Origin: an uncultured Methanolobus sp.
GTDB taxonomy: Archaea; Halobacteriota; Methanosarcinia; Methanosarcinales; Methanosarcinaceae
Length of the DNA stretch: 64,000 bases
Direction of reading: 5' to 3'
NCBI GenBank assembly: GCA_963675495.1
Contig: OY776215.1
Coordinates: 1,824,001 to 1,888,000, forward strand
A program made the position numbers and the translations under genes. The notes beneath the pieces are model-generated. The model was not told where the DNA came from. It did no database searches and worked only from the letters and a program-made list of their open reading frames with translations. Shown here piece after piece: positions 1 to 14,259 of the stretch (positions are counted from its first letter, which is position 1; the number at the start of each line of letters is the position of its first letter).

Positions 1-859
1 GCTCCTCCTGCGTAAGGGGATGCATTGGTTTGTTCTGTATTATCACGGTTTTTGGGTGAACCTGTATAATATCATGGCCGCGTATGTGGTCCTGCTCCTC
101 GTAGACCGTTTTGAATGTTTTTGCGTAGACTTCCTTGTTCTTTGAAACTTCAATATATGGGGCGATCTCTATGCGGCCCTTGAGCAGTTCATCACGGTTT
201 TCTTTCCACGTTTTGATATCCATCTTCCAGACGGTCCCGTCAATATCGTTGATCTCTGATACGGGGACGCCTTTGTTGAGCCTGTCTGCTATCTCAAGTA
301 TCTGGATTTCTCCCATGCCGTAAACAATGAGGTCTGCAGGTGCATCTGCAAGGATGGATTGGCGAACTTTGTCAGACCAGTAGTCATACTGGGCAAAACG
401 ACGAAGAGATGCTTCAATGCCACCGATCACTCTGGGGGTGTCTGGATATGCCTCTTTCAGGCGGTTGGAATAGACGATACTCGCCCTGTTTGGCCGAAGT
501 CCTGCCTGATTTCCCGGAGAGTATGTATCATCATGGCGTAATCTCTTTGAAGGGGTGTAGTTGCTGACCATTGAGTCAGTGTTCCCTGCACTAATGGAAA
601 AGAGCAGGCGTGGTTTTCCAAGTTTCTTGAAATCTTCTACGCTATCCCACTTTGGCTGTGCAATGACTCCTACCCTGTAGCCTGCATCTTCTAGTACTCT
701 GCCTATGATACTTGTTCCAAAACCGGGGTTGTCAACATAGGCATCCCCTGTGATAATGATAATATCAAGTTCATCCCAGCCTTTCTTTTTAGCTTCTTCA
801 AGACTCATGGGCAGAAACTTAGAGGAATCAGCTATTCTGTTTTTCTTATTATGTTTCAT
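1..859 (-). CDS. YgiQ/UPF0313 family radical SAM protein (N-terminal part; runs off window edge)
   Basis: Not in ORF track; my translation from ATG 859 reads MKHNKKNRIADSSKFLPMSLEEAKKKGWDELDIIIITGDAYVDNPGFG..., matching the YgiQ N-terminal GDAYVDHPSFG motif. Confidence 0.85.
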   Translation of the reverse strand, partial: MKHNKKNRIADSSKFLPMSLEEAKKKGWDELDIIIITGDAYVDNPGFGTSIIGRVLEDAGYRVGVIAQPKWDSVEDFKKLGKPRLLFSISAGNTDSMVSNYTPSKRLRHDDTYSPGNQAGLRPNRASIVYSNRLKEAYPDTPRVIGGIEASLRRFAQYDYWSDKVRQSILADAPADLIVYGMGEIQILEIADRLNKGVPVSEINDIDGTVWKMDIKTWKENRDELLKGRIEIAPYIEVSKNKEVYAKTFKTVYEEQDHIRGHDIIQVHPKTVIIQNKPMHPLTQEE

Positions 860-868
860 GATGTATCC

Positions 869-1504
869 TTACAATATACTTTTTGACATGCGGAGGGAAA
901 AACCGATCTGTTTGTTCACGTCATTTGAGGTAACTTCCCCATGCCCCGGGTAAAGTGTCTCGACATCAAGCTTCACAAGCTTGTTGATGGATTCGGTCAG
1001 TTGTGAGCGGTTGCCGCCTTCAAAGTCTGTGCGTCCTATGCTTCCGCTAGGAAACACTGTGTCACCGGAAAAGAGACCCTTTGAATTTGATTCATACAGG
1101 CAGATGCCACCTGGTGTATGCCCTGGGGTGTGAATGACCTCCAGCTCTTCCTCGTTACCTATGGGTATCCTGTCATCTTTGCTGAGCAGTATATCAGGTT
1201 CAATGGACGGAGCTTTATATCCGAATAATGCAGCAGCAGTTACATTGTCATTTTTCAGTAGGGGGGCATCATCCACATGGATTGCTATTTTTGCACCGCT
1301 CAGGCGTGCTATTTCCAGTGCTGATGCTGTATGGTCGTAGTGGCAGTGTGTGAGTATTATCAGTTCAAGGTCCTTTATGTCTATGTTTTTCTCGATCTCT
1401 GCGACCAGCCCTTCTGTGTTCATTCCCGTATCAATCAGGACTTTTCCATTGATCAGATATGAGTTGGCATCGTAAAGGCCCGTATTGAAATGTTTGACCT
1501 GCAT
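869..1504 (-). CDS. MBL-fold metallo-hydrolase (glyoxalase II-like)
   Basis: THCHYDH, HTPGHTPG, SGDT and PGHG motifs. Confidence 0.9.
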   Translation of the reverse strand: MQVKHFNTGLYDANSYLINGKVLIDTGMNTEGLVAEIEKNIDIKDLELIILTHCHYDHTASALEIARLSGAKIAIHVDDAPLLKNDNVTAAALFGYKAPSIEPDILLSKDDRIPIGNEEELEVIHTPGHTPGGICLYESNSKGLFSGDTVFPSGSIGRTDFEGGNRSQLTESINKLVKLDVETLYPGHGEVTSNDVNKQIGFSLRMSKSIL

Positions 1505-1535
1505 GTTTATTCTCCCTTAGAAAAAAGGAATGGAT

Positions 1536-2294
1536 CTAGAGCTCAAATGCCCTTCGGGTATTTCGCATTGTCGCCATGGCTATTTCAGTTTCTTCTATCC
1601 CTTTTAGATGTGCTATTACCGGAACCGAATCAAGGACAAATGCCGGTTCGTTCCTGCCTTTTCTCGGGGAAAGGTAGGGGCTGTCAGTTTCTATAAGCAT
1701 GTTGTCAAGAGGCAGGTTCTGAGCTATTGATTTGTGGTGTTCTGAGAAACATACAAGTGTTGGCACTGATACGTAGTGCCCTGCATCAACTATGTTCTTC
1801 ATGGTTTCAAGTGAGCCACCATAGCAATGAAAGATCACTCTGTCAAGGTCTTTGGTCATTTCAAGTGCAAGGTCTTCGCCATCCCTTCCGTGTATTATCA
1901 GGGTCTTGTTGTACCTGTCTGCAATTTCGATGACCTGTCTGAACACATCTTCCTGTCTTTTCCTTCCGGCGTCGCTCGTGCAATAGTAGAAATCAAGCCC
2001 TGCTTCTCCGACTCCTATGGCCTTGTCTATGTTGCGCTCTATCTGTGATAGTATCTGCTTTATTTTTGCGTCATCTGCATTAGGTACCATCTGCGGGCTG
2101 AGTCCAAGCGTTGCATGAATGAATTCATATTTTTTTGCGAGTTCAAGAGAATTCGAATTCGTTTTGTAGTCTATGCCGGAGTTTATCATCTCAACTACGC
2201 CGCTCTTCCTTGCCCTCTCAATTGTCTCAGGCCTATCCTTATTGAATTTGGGGAAATCAAGATGACAATGGGAATCTATTACTTCATAATTCAT
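1536..2294 (-). CDS. tatD: TatD family deoxyribonuclease
   Basis: DSHCHLD, GEAGLD, HC and ETDSPYL motifs. Confidence 0.92.
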   Translation of the reverse strand: MNYEVIDSHCHLDFPKFNKDRPETIERARKSGVVEMINSGIDYKTNSNSLELAKKYEFIHATLGLSPQMVPNADDAKIKQILSQIERNIDKAIGVGEAGLDFYYCTSDAGRKRQEDVFRQVIEIADRYNKTLIIHGRDGEDLALEMTKDLDRVIFHCYGGSLETMKNIVDAGHYVSVPTLVCFSEHHKSIAQNLPLDNMLIETDSPYLSPRKGRNEPAFVLDSVPVIAHLKGIEETEIAMATMRNTRRAFEL

Positions 2295-2423
2295 ATGTAT
2301 TCAATTCTGGTCTTATTATATAGATATGAACCTGTTCTGAGGATTGGTCCAAAAAAAGATGCTTCGGAAACTAACGAAGATAAAAAAAGTAAAGAACCGT
2401 GATCTTACGGTTCTTGTATTTGT

Positions 2424-3956
2424 TTATTCCATACTCCAGAGTTTCTTCTTTTCAAGAAGTATGTTGATTGCTGTGATGAGTGCGTCCACAGATGCCGTGG
2501 CAATGTCTGCACTTGCTGATTGCGCACTGACCACCCGGCCATCTTCGTCTTCTACAGAGATCGTTACTACTGCCAGAGCATCGCTTCCGCCTGTAATTGC
2601 TTCGAGGCTGAAATCACGTACTTTGACCTTGGTGTATCCCCCGATCATCTGTTCAACTGCATTTAGGGCAGCATCTATTGGTCCCACGCCATAATTAGAG
2701 GCAACAGCTTCCTCATCGCCAATCTTTGCTCTGACTACAGCAGTTGGTGTCGTAAGATTACCTGTCATCACCGAGAATTCTTTTAGGATTATGGTCTCGT
2801 TTCCGAGGTTCCTTCCAAGGACGGCAGATGCAACAGCATGAAGGTCTGCATCGCATATGCGTTTGCCTTTGTTAGCTATGTCCTTGATCCTGATAAGTAT
2901 CTCGTCGAGTTGTTCTTCGGTGGTTTCGACACCCATATCTTCCAGTGACTTCTTGACAGCATGCTTACCTGCATGTTTTCCTATTACTATGCGGCGCTTG
3001 TGACCTACCATTTCAGGGGTCATTATGCCGGGTTCAAAAGTATCGGATTTCTCAAGTACTCCGTGGGTGTGTATGCCGGATTCATGGGCGAATGCATTAT
3101 CACCGACGATCGGGGTATTTGCGGGCATGTGTATGCCAGTGTAATTCTCGACCATCTTGGCGGTTTCAAGCAAGTACTCTGTCTTGATATTTGTCTTTGC
3201 TCCGTATATGGATTGCAGACACATCACTACTTCAGCGAGATTTGCATTGCCTGCACGTTCTCCAAGGCCATTTACGGTTACCTGTATCTGGCTGGCACCG
3301 GCTTCTACTGCCATAAGACTGTTTGCAACGGCAATTCCAAAGTCATTGTGACAATGGACGTCAATTGGTATGTTTACTTCGTTGTTGATGTTTTTCACAA
3401 GCTGGTACATTGAGGAAGGTGCCATTATGCCTACGGTGTCTGGTACGTTTATTATGTCGCATCCTGCTTCTTCTACTGCTTTGTATACTTCTATCAGGTA
3501 ATCAAGGTCGGTTCTGGTAGCATCCATGGCTGAGAACATGCATTTTGTTCCATGGTCCTTGATGTATTCAACGGCATTTACTGCCATTGCGACGACTTCT
3601 TCCTTGCTCTTCTTAATAGTATGTATTCTCTGGATGTCGGAGGTTGATACAAATGTGTGTATCATGTCAACATTACAATCTATGCAGGCGTCCAGATCTT
3701 TTGTAAGGACGCGGGCAAGACCACAGACATCGAGACTCAGGTCTTCGTTAGCTATGGCTCTTACATTTTGCCTTTCGCCATCCGAGGAGACTGGGAAACC
3801 AGCTTCGAGCACATCAACACCAAGTTTGTCCAGTTGCCTGGCAATCTTGAGTTTTTGCTCGTTAGTTAGTGATACGCCGGGTGTTTGTTCACCGTCGCGC
3901 AGTGTCGTGTCAAAAATAGTCTTGTGTGTGTTTATTAGCGGTTTATCGCTGTAAAA
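2424..3956 (-). CDS. leuA: 2-isopropylmalate synthase (LeuA/CimA family); main frame has no ATG/GTG/TTG upstream of the catalytic DTTLRDGEQ motif
   Basis: Frame is open from in-frame TGA (3966-3968) through [40 protein letters not shown] and a C-terminal regulatory domain; the ORF-track start GTG 3812 cuts off the essential DRE motif. Confidence 0.85.
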   Translation of the reverse strand, partial: FYSDKPLINTHKTIFDTTLRDGEQTPGVSLTNEQKLKIARQLDKLGVDVLEAGFPVSSDGERQNVRAIANEDLSLDVCGLARVLTKDLDACIDCNVDMIHTFVSTSDIQRIHTIKKSKEEVVAMAVNAVEYIKDHGTKCMFSAMDATRTDLDYLIEVYKAVEEAGCDIINVPDTVGIMAPSSMYQLVKNINNEVNIPIDVHCHNDFGIAVANSLMAVEAGASQIQVTVNGLGERAGNANLAEVVMCLQSIYGAKTNIKTEYLLETAKMVENYTGIHMPANTPIVGDNAFAHESGIHTHGVLEKSDTFEPGIMTPEMVGHKRRIVIGKHAGKHAVKKSLEDMGVETTEEQLDEILIRIKDIANKGKRICDADLHAVASAVLGRNLGNETIILKEFSVMTGNLTTPTAVVRAKIGDEEAVASNYGVGPIDAALNAVEQMIGGYTKVKVRDFSLEAITGGSDALAVVTISVEDEDGRVVSAQSASADIATASVDALITAINILLEKKKLWSME

Positions 3957-3996
3957 AGCGATCCCTCAGTTGTGCGGTTGAATTCATATTAATCAT
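3943..3996 (-). CDS. Upstream 17-codon ORF overlapping leuA in another frame ([17 protein letters not shown]); candidate frameshift leader
   Basis: ATG 3996 (alt 3987) to TAA 3943-3945, about 20 nt below a TTTTATAA box; contains CGC TTT TTA. Confidence 0.55.
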   Translation of the reverse strand: MINMNSTAQLRDRFLQR

Positions 3997-4014
3997 TCCG
4001 GCTTGTAGTCTATG

Positions 4015-4022
4015 TTATAAAA
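4015..4022 (-). promoter_or_regulatory. Putative TATA box for the leuA transcript
   Basis: TTTTATAA on minus strand about 20-25 nt upstream of ATG 3996, consistent with a leaderless mRNA. Confidence 0.45.
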
Positions 4023-4368
4023 GACTTCCGTATAATTCTCACTTCCTATTGTCATGCGTTAAGGTGTAATAACTTACTCCTCCGCAACCTTTTTATATTA
4101 GCCTTGACTTGTAGGGGTGCTCTCACTGAGCCCAATGATGCGGCCAACGCATCAGGAAAATATGCTCTGTGGGAACAGATCGATGAAGTACTAATTTCAT
4201 TTCATCAGGCAGGTGTTACAAAGGTTCCTTCTTTGTCTTCGAATCTCTTGATTCGGAAGGTATATATAGGATGGTGACCTTTGAAGGAGTCCGCGTGAAT
4301 GCGCGAAAACACTTACAATCACCGCCTTTTATTAAGTGGAGGCAAGAGTTCTTTCTTGTCTGACGTTG

Positions 4369-4402
4369 GATTTGGCAGTTCGATTAATTCTGACCGGTAG
4401 TG
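4369..4402 (+). other. 5' arm of 16S pre-rRNA processing stem (bulge-helix-bulge)
   Basis: ggatttggcagttcgattaattctgaccggtagtg pairs with cactaaccggtcagaaatcgaaaaactgtcagatcc at ~6034-6070. Confidence 0.65.
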
Positions 4403-4532
4403 TACAATATACTACCATATAAGGAATTAATCAACTAATGTGCAAAGTAAAGAAATTCTCTAGTGAGAGTTCTTTCCTAAAAATTCCTTAAATGACTTCC
4501 AAAATGCATTAAACTTTTGTGTGAGATCAACA

Positions 4533-6007
<1,475 letters not shown>

Positions 6008-6111
6008 AAGCAAGATGGACACAAAGTCCATCACCACTAACCGGTCAGAAATCGAAAAACTGTCAGATCCGAGAAAAATTACATGGATTCACTGTAAAAG
6101 GGGTCCAAGAG

Positions 6112-6184
6112 GGGCTTGTAGATCAGTTGGAAGATCGCCGCCTTTGCAAGGCGGAGGCCTTGGGTTCGAATCCCAACAAGTCCA
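6112..6184 (+). tRNA. tRNA-Ala(TGC)
   Basis: Acceptor GGGCTTG/CAAGTCC, anticodon arm CCGCC-TTTGCAA-GGCGG, GGTTCGAATCC T-arm; lies in the 16S-23S spacer. Confidence 0.96.
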
Positions 6185-6317
6185 TTATTAGTGCACCTGA
6201 AGAGTAATTTCTTCGGGGAAGGATGAAGTGGCTGAAGCAACGACAGCTGCAATGAGATCGTGTATATGCATGCATATATCAGACGCTCACTGGACAAAGT
6301 GAGATGGACTCTGGTAA

Positions 6318-9226
<2,909 letters not shown>

Positions 9227-9330
9227 GTCCGTCTTGCTTTGTCCAGGCGAAATCTGATATGTGCATGTTTAATATACGCAATCTTATGGTAAAGTATAAA
9301 TTCAATGGATTCAATCATAAATCGCTCATT

Positions 9331-9402
9331 GCCAAGGTGGCGGAGCGGCTACGCAATCGCCTGCAGAGCGATTCCATTCCGGTTCGAATCCGGACCTTGG
9401 CT
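9331..9402 (+). tRNA. tRNA-Cys(GCA)
   Basis: Acceptor GCCAAGG/CCTTGGC, anticodon arm ATCGC-CTGCAGA-GCGAT, GGTTCGAATCC. Confidence 0.95.
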
Positions 9403-9427
9403 TTACCATTTACAATTCATCATGAGA

Positions 9428-9553
9428 GAGATTGGCGGCCATAGCGGCGGGGCAATTCCTGTACCCATCCCGAACACAGAAGATAAGCCTGCCAGCGTTC
9501 CTTACTGTACTGAAGTATGAGAGTCTTCGGGAACTCTGGATCGCTGCCAACTC
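9428..9553 (+). rRNA. rrf: 5S rRNA
   Basis: TTGGCGGCCATAGCGG...CCCATCCCGAACAC...GCTGCCAA closing stem, followed by a T-rich tract. Confidence 0.94.
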
Positions 9554-9719
9554 ACTCAACACTAACTACTAACTTTCTTTTTCTACAATGATTTTAACTT
9601 GAACTAATCTATTTTTTTTCTGGTATTATTGATTCTTACAATCTTTTATTGCTTTTTTGATTGTAAGAAAAGCAATTCTAAAGTAACATGGAACTATCCT
9701 TCATAAAGGAGTGTTAATC

Positions 9720-10091
9720 ATGGGAAAGAGAAAGATTATTTTTGTTTATAATGCCGACAGTGGAATTTTGAATTCGATAGAGGATTATGTTCATAAGATC
9801 GCTTCCCCGTCTACATATGCTTGCAACCTTTGTGGTCTTACATACGGGAACGTTGGGATGAAAAGTGACTGGAAGCAATTTGTTTCAGGACTTAAATTTC
9901 CGGTAGAATTTCTACACAAGGACGAATTCCTTGAAAAATATGACATTGAAAATGTTTCATTTCCATGTGCTTATATTGAATCAGATAATGAAACCGAGCT
10001 TCTGATAAGTTCTGATGAGATGAACTCTCTTGAGACACTTGATGATTTAATGTCACTGGTATCTCTGAAGCTGGCAGATATTCCTGATTGA
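9720..10091 (+). CDS. Conserved hypothetical protein (thioredoxin-like, CxxC)
   Basis: FVYNADSG...CNLCGLTYG...FLHKDEF pattern; GGAG RBS before ATG 9720. Confidence 0.7.
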   Translation: MGKRKIIFVYNADSGILNSIEDYVHKIASPSTYACNLCGLTYGNVGMKSDWKQFVSGLKFPVEFLHKDEFLEKYDIENVSFPCAYIESDNETELLISSDEMNSLETLDDLMSLVSLKLADIPD

Positions 10092-10105
10092 ATTTGCTTA
10101 TTAAT

Positions 10106-10977
10106 ATGAATCCTTTATTTTCAATCAGATCTTTTTTGAGTTTGTTCAGATTTCAAAATTCATTGTTTGGTGCCCTTACTATATTCTTATCAGGAATTCT
10201 ATCATCTGATATCTCTGGATATACTTCTGAATATATTATGGCTTCAATATATGTTGTTTTTCTTGGAATGCGTTCCTTCGCTGTAAACGACTATTTTGAT
10301 TTTGAGATCGATAGGGTAAATGGTAGGACTGACAGGCCTATTGCACAGGGTACAATTAAGAGAAAAACTGCTTTGTATGTGGGTTTGATGAGTCTCATTC
10401 TTTCTTTTTTAATGTCCCTGGGACTTGATCATATTGTTTCTTTACTCCTGATATTCAATGCAGTTGTTTTTTTCGCGTACAGTTATTACTTGAAAAAGAT
10501 ATTCTTAGTCAAAAATATCATAATGGCATATGGTTTCCTTTCCATGATCCTTGTTGGAACGTTAATATCGGATTATGTAATAGAGGCATTGATTTTCTAC
10601 TATGCAATAATGGGCTTCATCGTTGGACTTGCTTTTGAGATTATGATCGAATCAGGGATATGGAAGGCGACAGGCAATTTGGTGTACAAACCCTTGTGTT
10701 GAGGACGTCACCAGGATTTACAGCTTCAGTTTCTATTACTCTGTATGTATTGGTCATGCTACTCGATCCACTTCCATATTTTGTGAATATAGATCCTCTT
10801 CTTTATCACGACTCCCTCTTTATGATATTGATAATGCTTCCTGTGATTCTTTACATCTTTATTTCAAAATCCCTGCTTAGGGACATGTCAAAAAATAATG
10901 TTGGCAGATTAAGAGAAAGAACTATTAATGTAATGCAGCTTGGTTCACTTGCATATTTGCTTGGTTATCTTTTGTAA
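10106..10977 (+). pseudogene. UbiA family prenyltransferase (DGGGP synthase-like), frameshifted near 10650
   Basis: First ORF has NDYFDFEIDRVNGRTDRPI; the second Asp-rich motif (I)RDMEGD continues in another frame after ATGATCGA|ATCAGGGATATGGAAGGCGAC. Confidence 0.75.
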
Positions 10978-11164
10978 TTTTATCCTGCAAGCGATATGAC
11001 ATTTTGGAATATTTAGTATCAGACTACAGTATTGCCATGCAAAAAAGGTAATTGTAAAGCACTTTTCTATTTTTATTCACGCATGTTCTATTAGTTTAAT
11101 AATATACTCAAAAGCACCTATATAACATAAGATCTTAAAACCATTGTTTCTCTCTTGTTCAATA

Positions 11165-11198
11165 AATGAGGCTCAATAGACCTCATTTTATTTTTTTG
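11165..11198. terminator. Hairpin plus T-tract between convergent genes
   Basis: AAATGAGG-ctcaataga-CCTCATTT followed by a T-run. Confidence 0.45.
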
Positions 11199-11212
11199 CT
11201 TTTAATTGTGTT

Positions 11213-12592
11213 TTATTGAAAAAGATTCCCCCATCCCTGAACAAGTATTATCAGAACAACAATAGGCAATATGTATCTTGCATATGGACTGACCCATTCA
11301 GGTATTTTCTTTCCTCTGCCGGTATTTGCCTCTTCTATGAAATTATTCCATCCCCATCCAATTTTCAATGTACAGAACATAACTATTGAGAGAGCTCCGA
11401 TTGGGAGAATATTGTTACTGAATATAAAATCTTCAAGATCCAGTATTCCACTACCAGGTCCAAAGGGTTGTATGCTACTTAGTGGCCCAAAGCTAAGTGC
11501 ACATGGCAGCGAAAGAATAAAGATTCCAATAGCATTAAAAAAGGCTGCTTTTTTGCGCGTCCATCCCCATTCATCAATTGTGAATGCCATTATATTCTCA
11601 AAAATAGCTATAACTGTTGACATTGCAGCAAAAGAAAGGAACACAAAGAAAAGGAAGCCCCAAATTATTCCTCCAGCCATCTGGTTAAATATGTTGGGCA
11701 GGGTCACAAAAATGAGTTCAGGGCCTGAACCTGCATCAATTCCAAAAGCAAAAGCTGCAGGGAATATAATAAGTCCTGCAAGCAGAGCAATAGAAGTGTC
11801 CAGTGCAACCACATTGATCGATTCTCCGACAAGGGAACGCTCCTTTCCAATGTAGCTGCCAAATATTGCCATTCCTCCTGCACCTGCGCTTAATGTAAAG
11901 AAAGCCTGTCCCATGGCCGCATAAACCGCTTCCCTGCCTATCAGACTGAAATCTGGTTTCAGGTAGAAGTCAATTCCTGCAGATGCTCCCGGAAGAGTGA
12001 CAGATTTAAAAACAAGGATCAGTAATATTATAATCATCCCAGTCATGAGATTTTTACTAACCTTTTCAGCACCATTCTGAAGCCCCTTTGAACAAACCCA
12101 GAAACCAATGACAACGACAAGAGCCATCAAGGATACTATTTCTAAAGTGTTACTGAGGAATGTCCCGAAAAAGTTACCGACTTCCTGGGGCGCAAGTCCA
12201 CTGAAACTACCGTTGATCGAGTAATATATGTATGCAAGTCCCCAGCCTGCCACAGTGGTGTAAAACATAACGAGCAGAACATTTCCTATAATGCCCATAT
12301 ATCCGAATATATGCCATTTGCTGCCCGCAGGTTCCAGTTTTCTCATGGCGCCTGCAATGTTCAGTTTCCCTGCCCTTCCAATGGAATATTCCATAAGGAG
12401 AATGGGAAATCCCAGCAGAATGAGAAATGCAAGATAAATAAGGACAAAAGCAGCTCCTCCATATTTTCCTGTAATATAAGGGAAACGCCATATATTGCCA
12501 AGACCGATGGCACATCCTGCTGATATTAGCAGAAATCCTATTCTACTGGCCAGTTGTTCCCTTTCTACGTTGCCTTTTTCTTCTTCTGCCAT
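11213..12592 (-). CDS. Sodium-dependent transporter (NSS/SNF family)
   Basis: AIGLGNIWRFPY, GQAFFTLS and GPELIF motifs; many TM helices. Confidence 0.93.
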   Translation of the reverse strand: MAEEEKGNVEREQLASRIGFLLISAGCAIGLGNIWRFPYITGKYGGAAFVLIYLAFLILLGFPILLMEYSIGRAGKLNIAGAMRKLEPAGSKWHIFGYMGIIGNVLLVMFYTTVAGWGLAYIYYSINGSFSGLAPQEVGNFFGTFLSNTLEIVSLMALVVVIGFWVCSKGLQNGAEKVSKNLMTGMIIILLILVFKSVTLPGASAGIDFYLKPDFSLIGREAVYAAMGQAFFTLSAGAGGMAIFGSYIGKERSLVGESINVVALDTSIALLAGLIIFPAAFAFGIDAGSGPELIFVTLPNIFNQMAGGIIWGFLFFVFLSFAAMSTVIAIFENIMAFTIDEWGWTRKKAAFFNAIGIFILSLPCALSFGPLSSIQPFGPGSGILDLEDFIFSNNILPIGALSIVMFCTLKIGWGWNNFIEEANTGRGKKIPEWVSPYARYILPIVVLIILVQGWGNLFQ

Positions 12593-12773
12593 TGATGTTA
12601 TCTCTCATTTACATATTTATATAATAATATTAATGCATTTTAGTGAAGGTGATTATTACTTATATTTGTTCTTCATACTGTTTCTGTATCACTTAATATG
12701 TTGGAGTTCTAGTGGAAATAATTATACGTATAGCAGCCAATATTCATAGAAATATTATACTGTGGGGAATCAA

Positions 12774-14210
12774 ATGAAAGAATACGATCTTATTGTAATA
12801 GGCACAGGCTCCGGGATGAATTATGTTACTGCAATGATGGATGCAGATATCGAAATGAAAGTTGCTCTAATTGATAAAGATGAACCGGGAGGAATTTGCC
12901 TTACCAGGGGCTGTATCCCATCAAAGATGCTTCTTTACCCCGCAGAGCTTGTAAGGGATATTGGGCAGGCGGGTAATTTCGGTATCAAAGCATCAATTGA
13001 AAGTATTGATTTCAAGTCAGTGATGGACAGGATGCGCAATTCAATATCAGGAGATATCGAAAGTATCAGACATGGCTATACTCATATTCCCCGAATGGAT
13101 TTCTACAACGAGAAAGCTGAGTTCGTTTCTCCCTATACTATGAAGGTTGGAGAGGAGACAATCAGCGCAAAAATGATCTTTTTGTGTACAGGTTCAAAGC
13201 CTGCAATACCTCATGTGAAAGGACTGGATTCGATCGATTTTCTCACAAGTGATGCAGTTCTGGAACTGAATGAACTCCCGGAGAGCCTTGCTATCATTGG
13301 AGGAGGATATATTGCTGCTGAATACGGACACTTTTTTTCAGCCATGGGTTCCAAAGTCACTATAATTGGTAGGAATGCTCAGTTCATTCCGGAAGAGGAA
13401 CCGGAAGTTTCTGTACTTGCAAAGAAGATGATGTCAGAGTACATGGAAATCCTCACCGATTATGAGGTTGTGGAAGCAAAATCTTCATCAGAAGGCAAGA
13501 CTGTGATTGCAAAACATCGCCAGACAGGTGAGGAAAAAGAAATTACAGCTTCTGAGATACTTGTTGCCACCGGCAGGAGTCCTAACACTGATATACTCAA
13601 ACCCGAACTAGGAGGAATTGAAACTGATAAACATGGTTGGATAAAGGTTAATGAACACCTTGAAACTTCCATGAAGAATATCTGGGCATTCGGCGATGCA
13701 AACGGAAAATACCTGTTCAAGCATGTTGCAAACCATGAATCGTCAGTTGTTTACTACAATGCTGCCCTGAAAAACAAGGTAAAAGTGGATTATCATGCAG
13801 TTCCACATGCTGTATTCTCCTATCCTGAGATATCAAGTGTCGGGATGACTGAAAAACAGGCCACTGCTGAATATGGGGATGACATCATGATTGGTTTCTA
13901 TCGTTTCCAGGAAACTGCAAAAGGAGTGGCAATGTCTCTGGGTGATGAGTTCGTGAAAGTCATCTTTGAGGGACAAACACAGAAGATTCTCGGTGCTCAC
14001 ATAATTGGCCCGGAAGCTTCAGTTTTGATTCATCAGATAATCCCACTTATGTATACAGAAGGCCAGGATGCCAGTCCGATAATGTATGCAATGGATATCC
14101 ATCCCTCACTTAGTGAGGTAATTAAAAGAGCATTCTATTCAAGGATGCCTGCTACTGAGTACCATATGATAATGCAGGCTTATGGACTTGAAGATGCAAA
14201 AGAACAGTAA
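12774..14210 (+). CDS. lpdA: Dihydrolipoamide dehydrogenase family flavoprotein
   Basis: GTGSG, GGICLTRGCIPSK redox disulfide, GGGYIAAE, HPSLSE. Confidence 0.85.
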   Translation: MKEYDLIVIGTGSGMNYVTAMMDADIEMKVALIDKDEPGGICLTRGCIPSKMLLYPAELVRDIGQAGNFGIKASIESIDFKSVMDRMRNSISGDIESIRHGYTHIPRMDFYNEKAEFVSPYTMKVGEETISAKMIFLCTGSKPAIPHVKGLDSIDFLTSDAVLELNELPESLAIIGGGYIAAEYGHFFSAMGSKVTIIGRNAQFIPEEEPEVSVLAKKMMSEYMEILTDYEVVEAKSSSEGKTVIAKHRQTGEEKEITASEILVATGRSPNTDILKPELGGIETDKHGWIKVNEHLETSMKNIWAFGDANGKYLFKHVANHESSVVYYNAALKNKVKVDYHAVPHAVFSYPEISSVGMTEKQATAEYGDDIMIGFYRFQETAKGVAMSLGDEFVKVIFEGQTQKILGAHIIGPEASVLIHQIIPLMYTEGQDASPIMYAMDIHPSLSEVIKRAFYSRMPATEYHMIMQAYGLEDAKEQ

Positions 14211-14259
14211 AAATAGTATGAGAGAACAAATGTTCTCTCGAATTCATTTATTTTTATTT

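Noticed and set aside
1536-1538. TAG stops of tatD and of the AIR synthase-like gene (47603) as pyrrolysine codons
   Set aside because: Both proteins are already complete, and readthrough adds no recognisable domain.
2424-3812. ORF-track start of leuA at GTG 3812
   Set aside because: It would delete the DTTLRDGEQ metal-binding and catalytic motif.
4136-4154. TGATGCG/CGCATCA hairpin as a separate ncRNA
   Set aside because: It lies in the rRNA operon promoter and leader region; no complete C/D or H/ACA box set could be supported.
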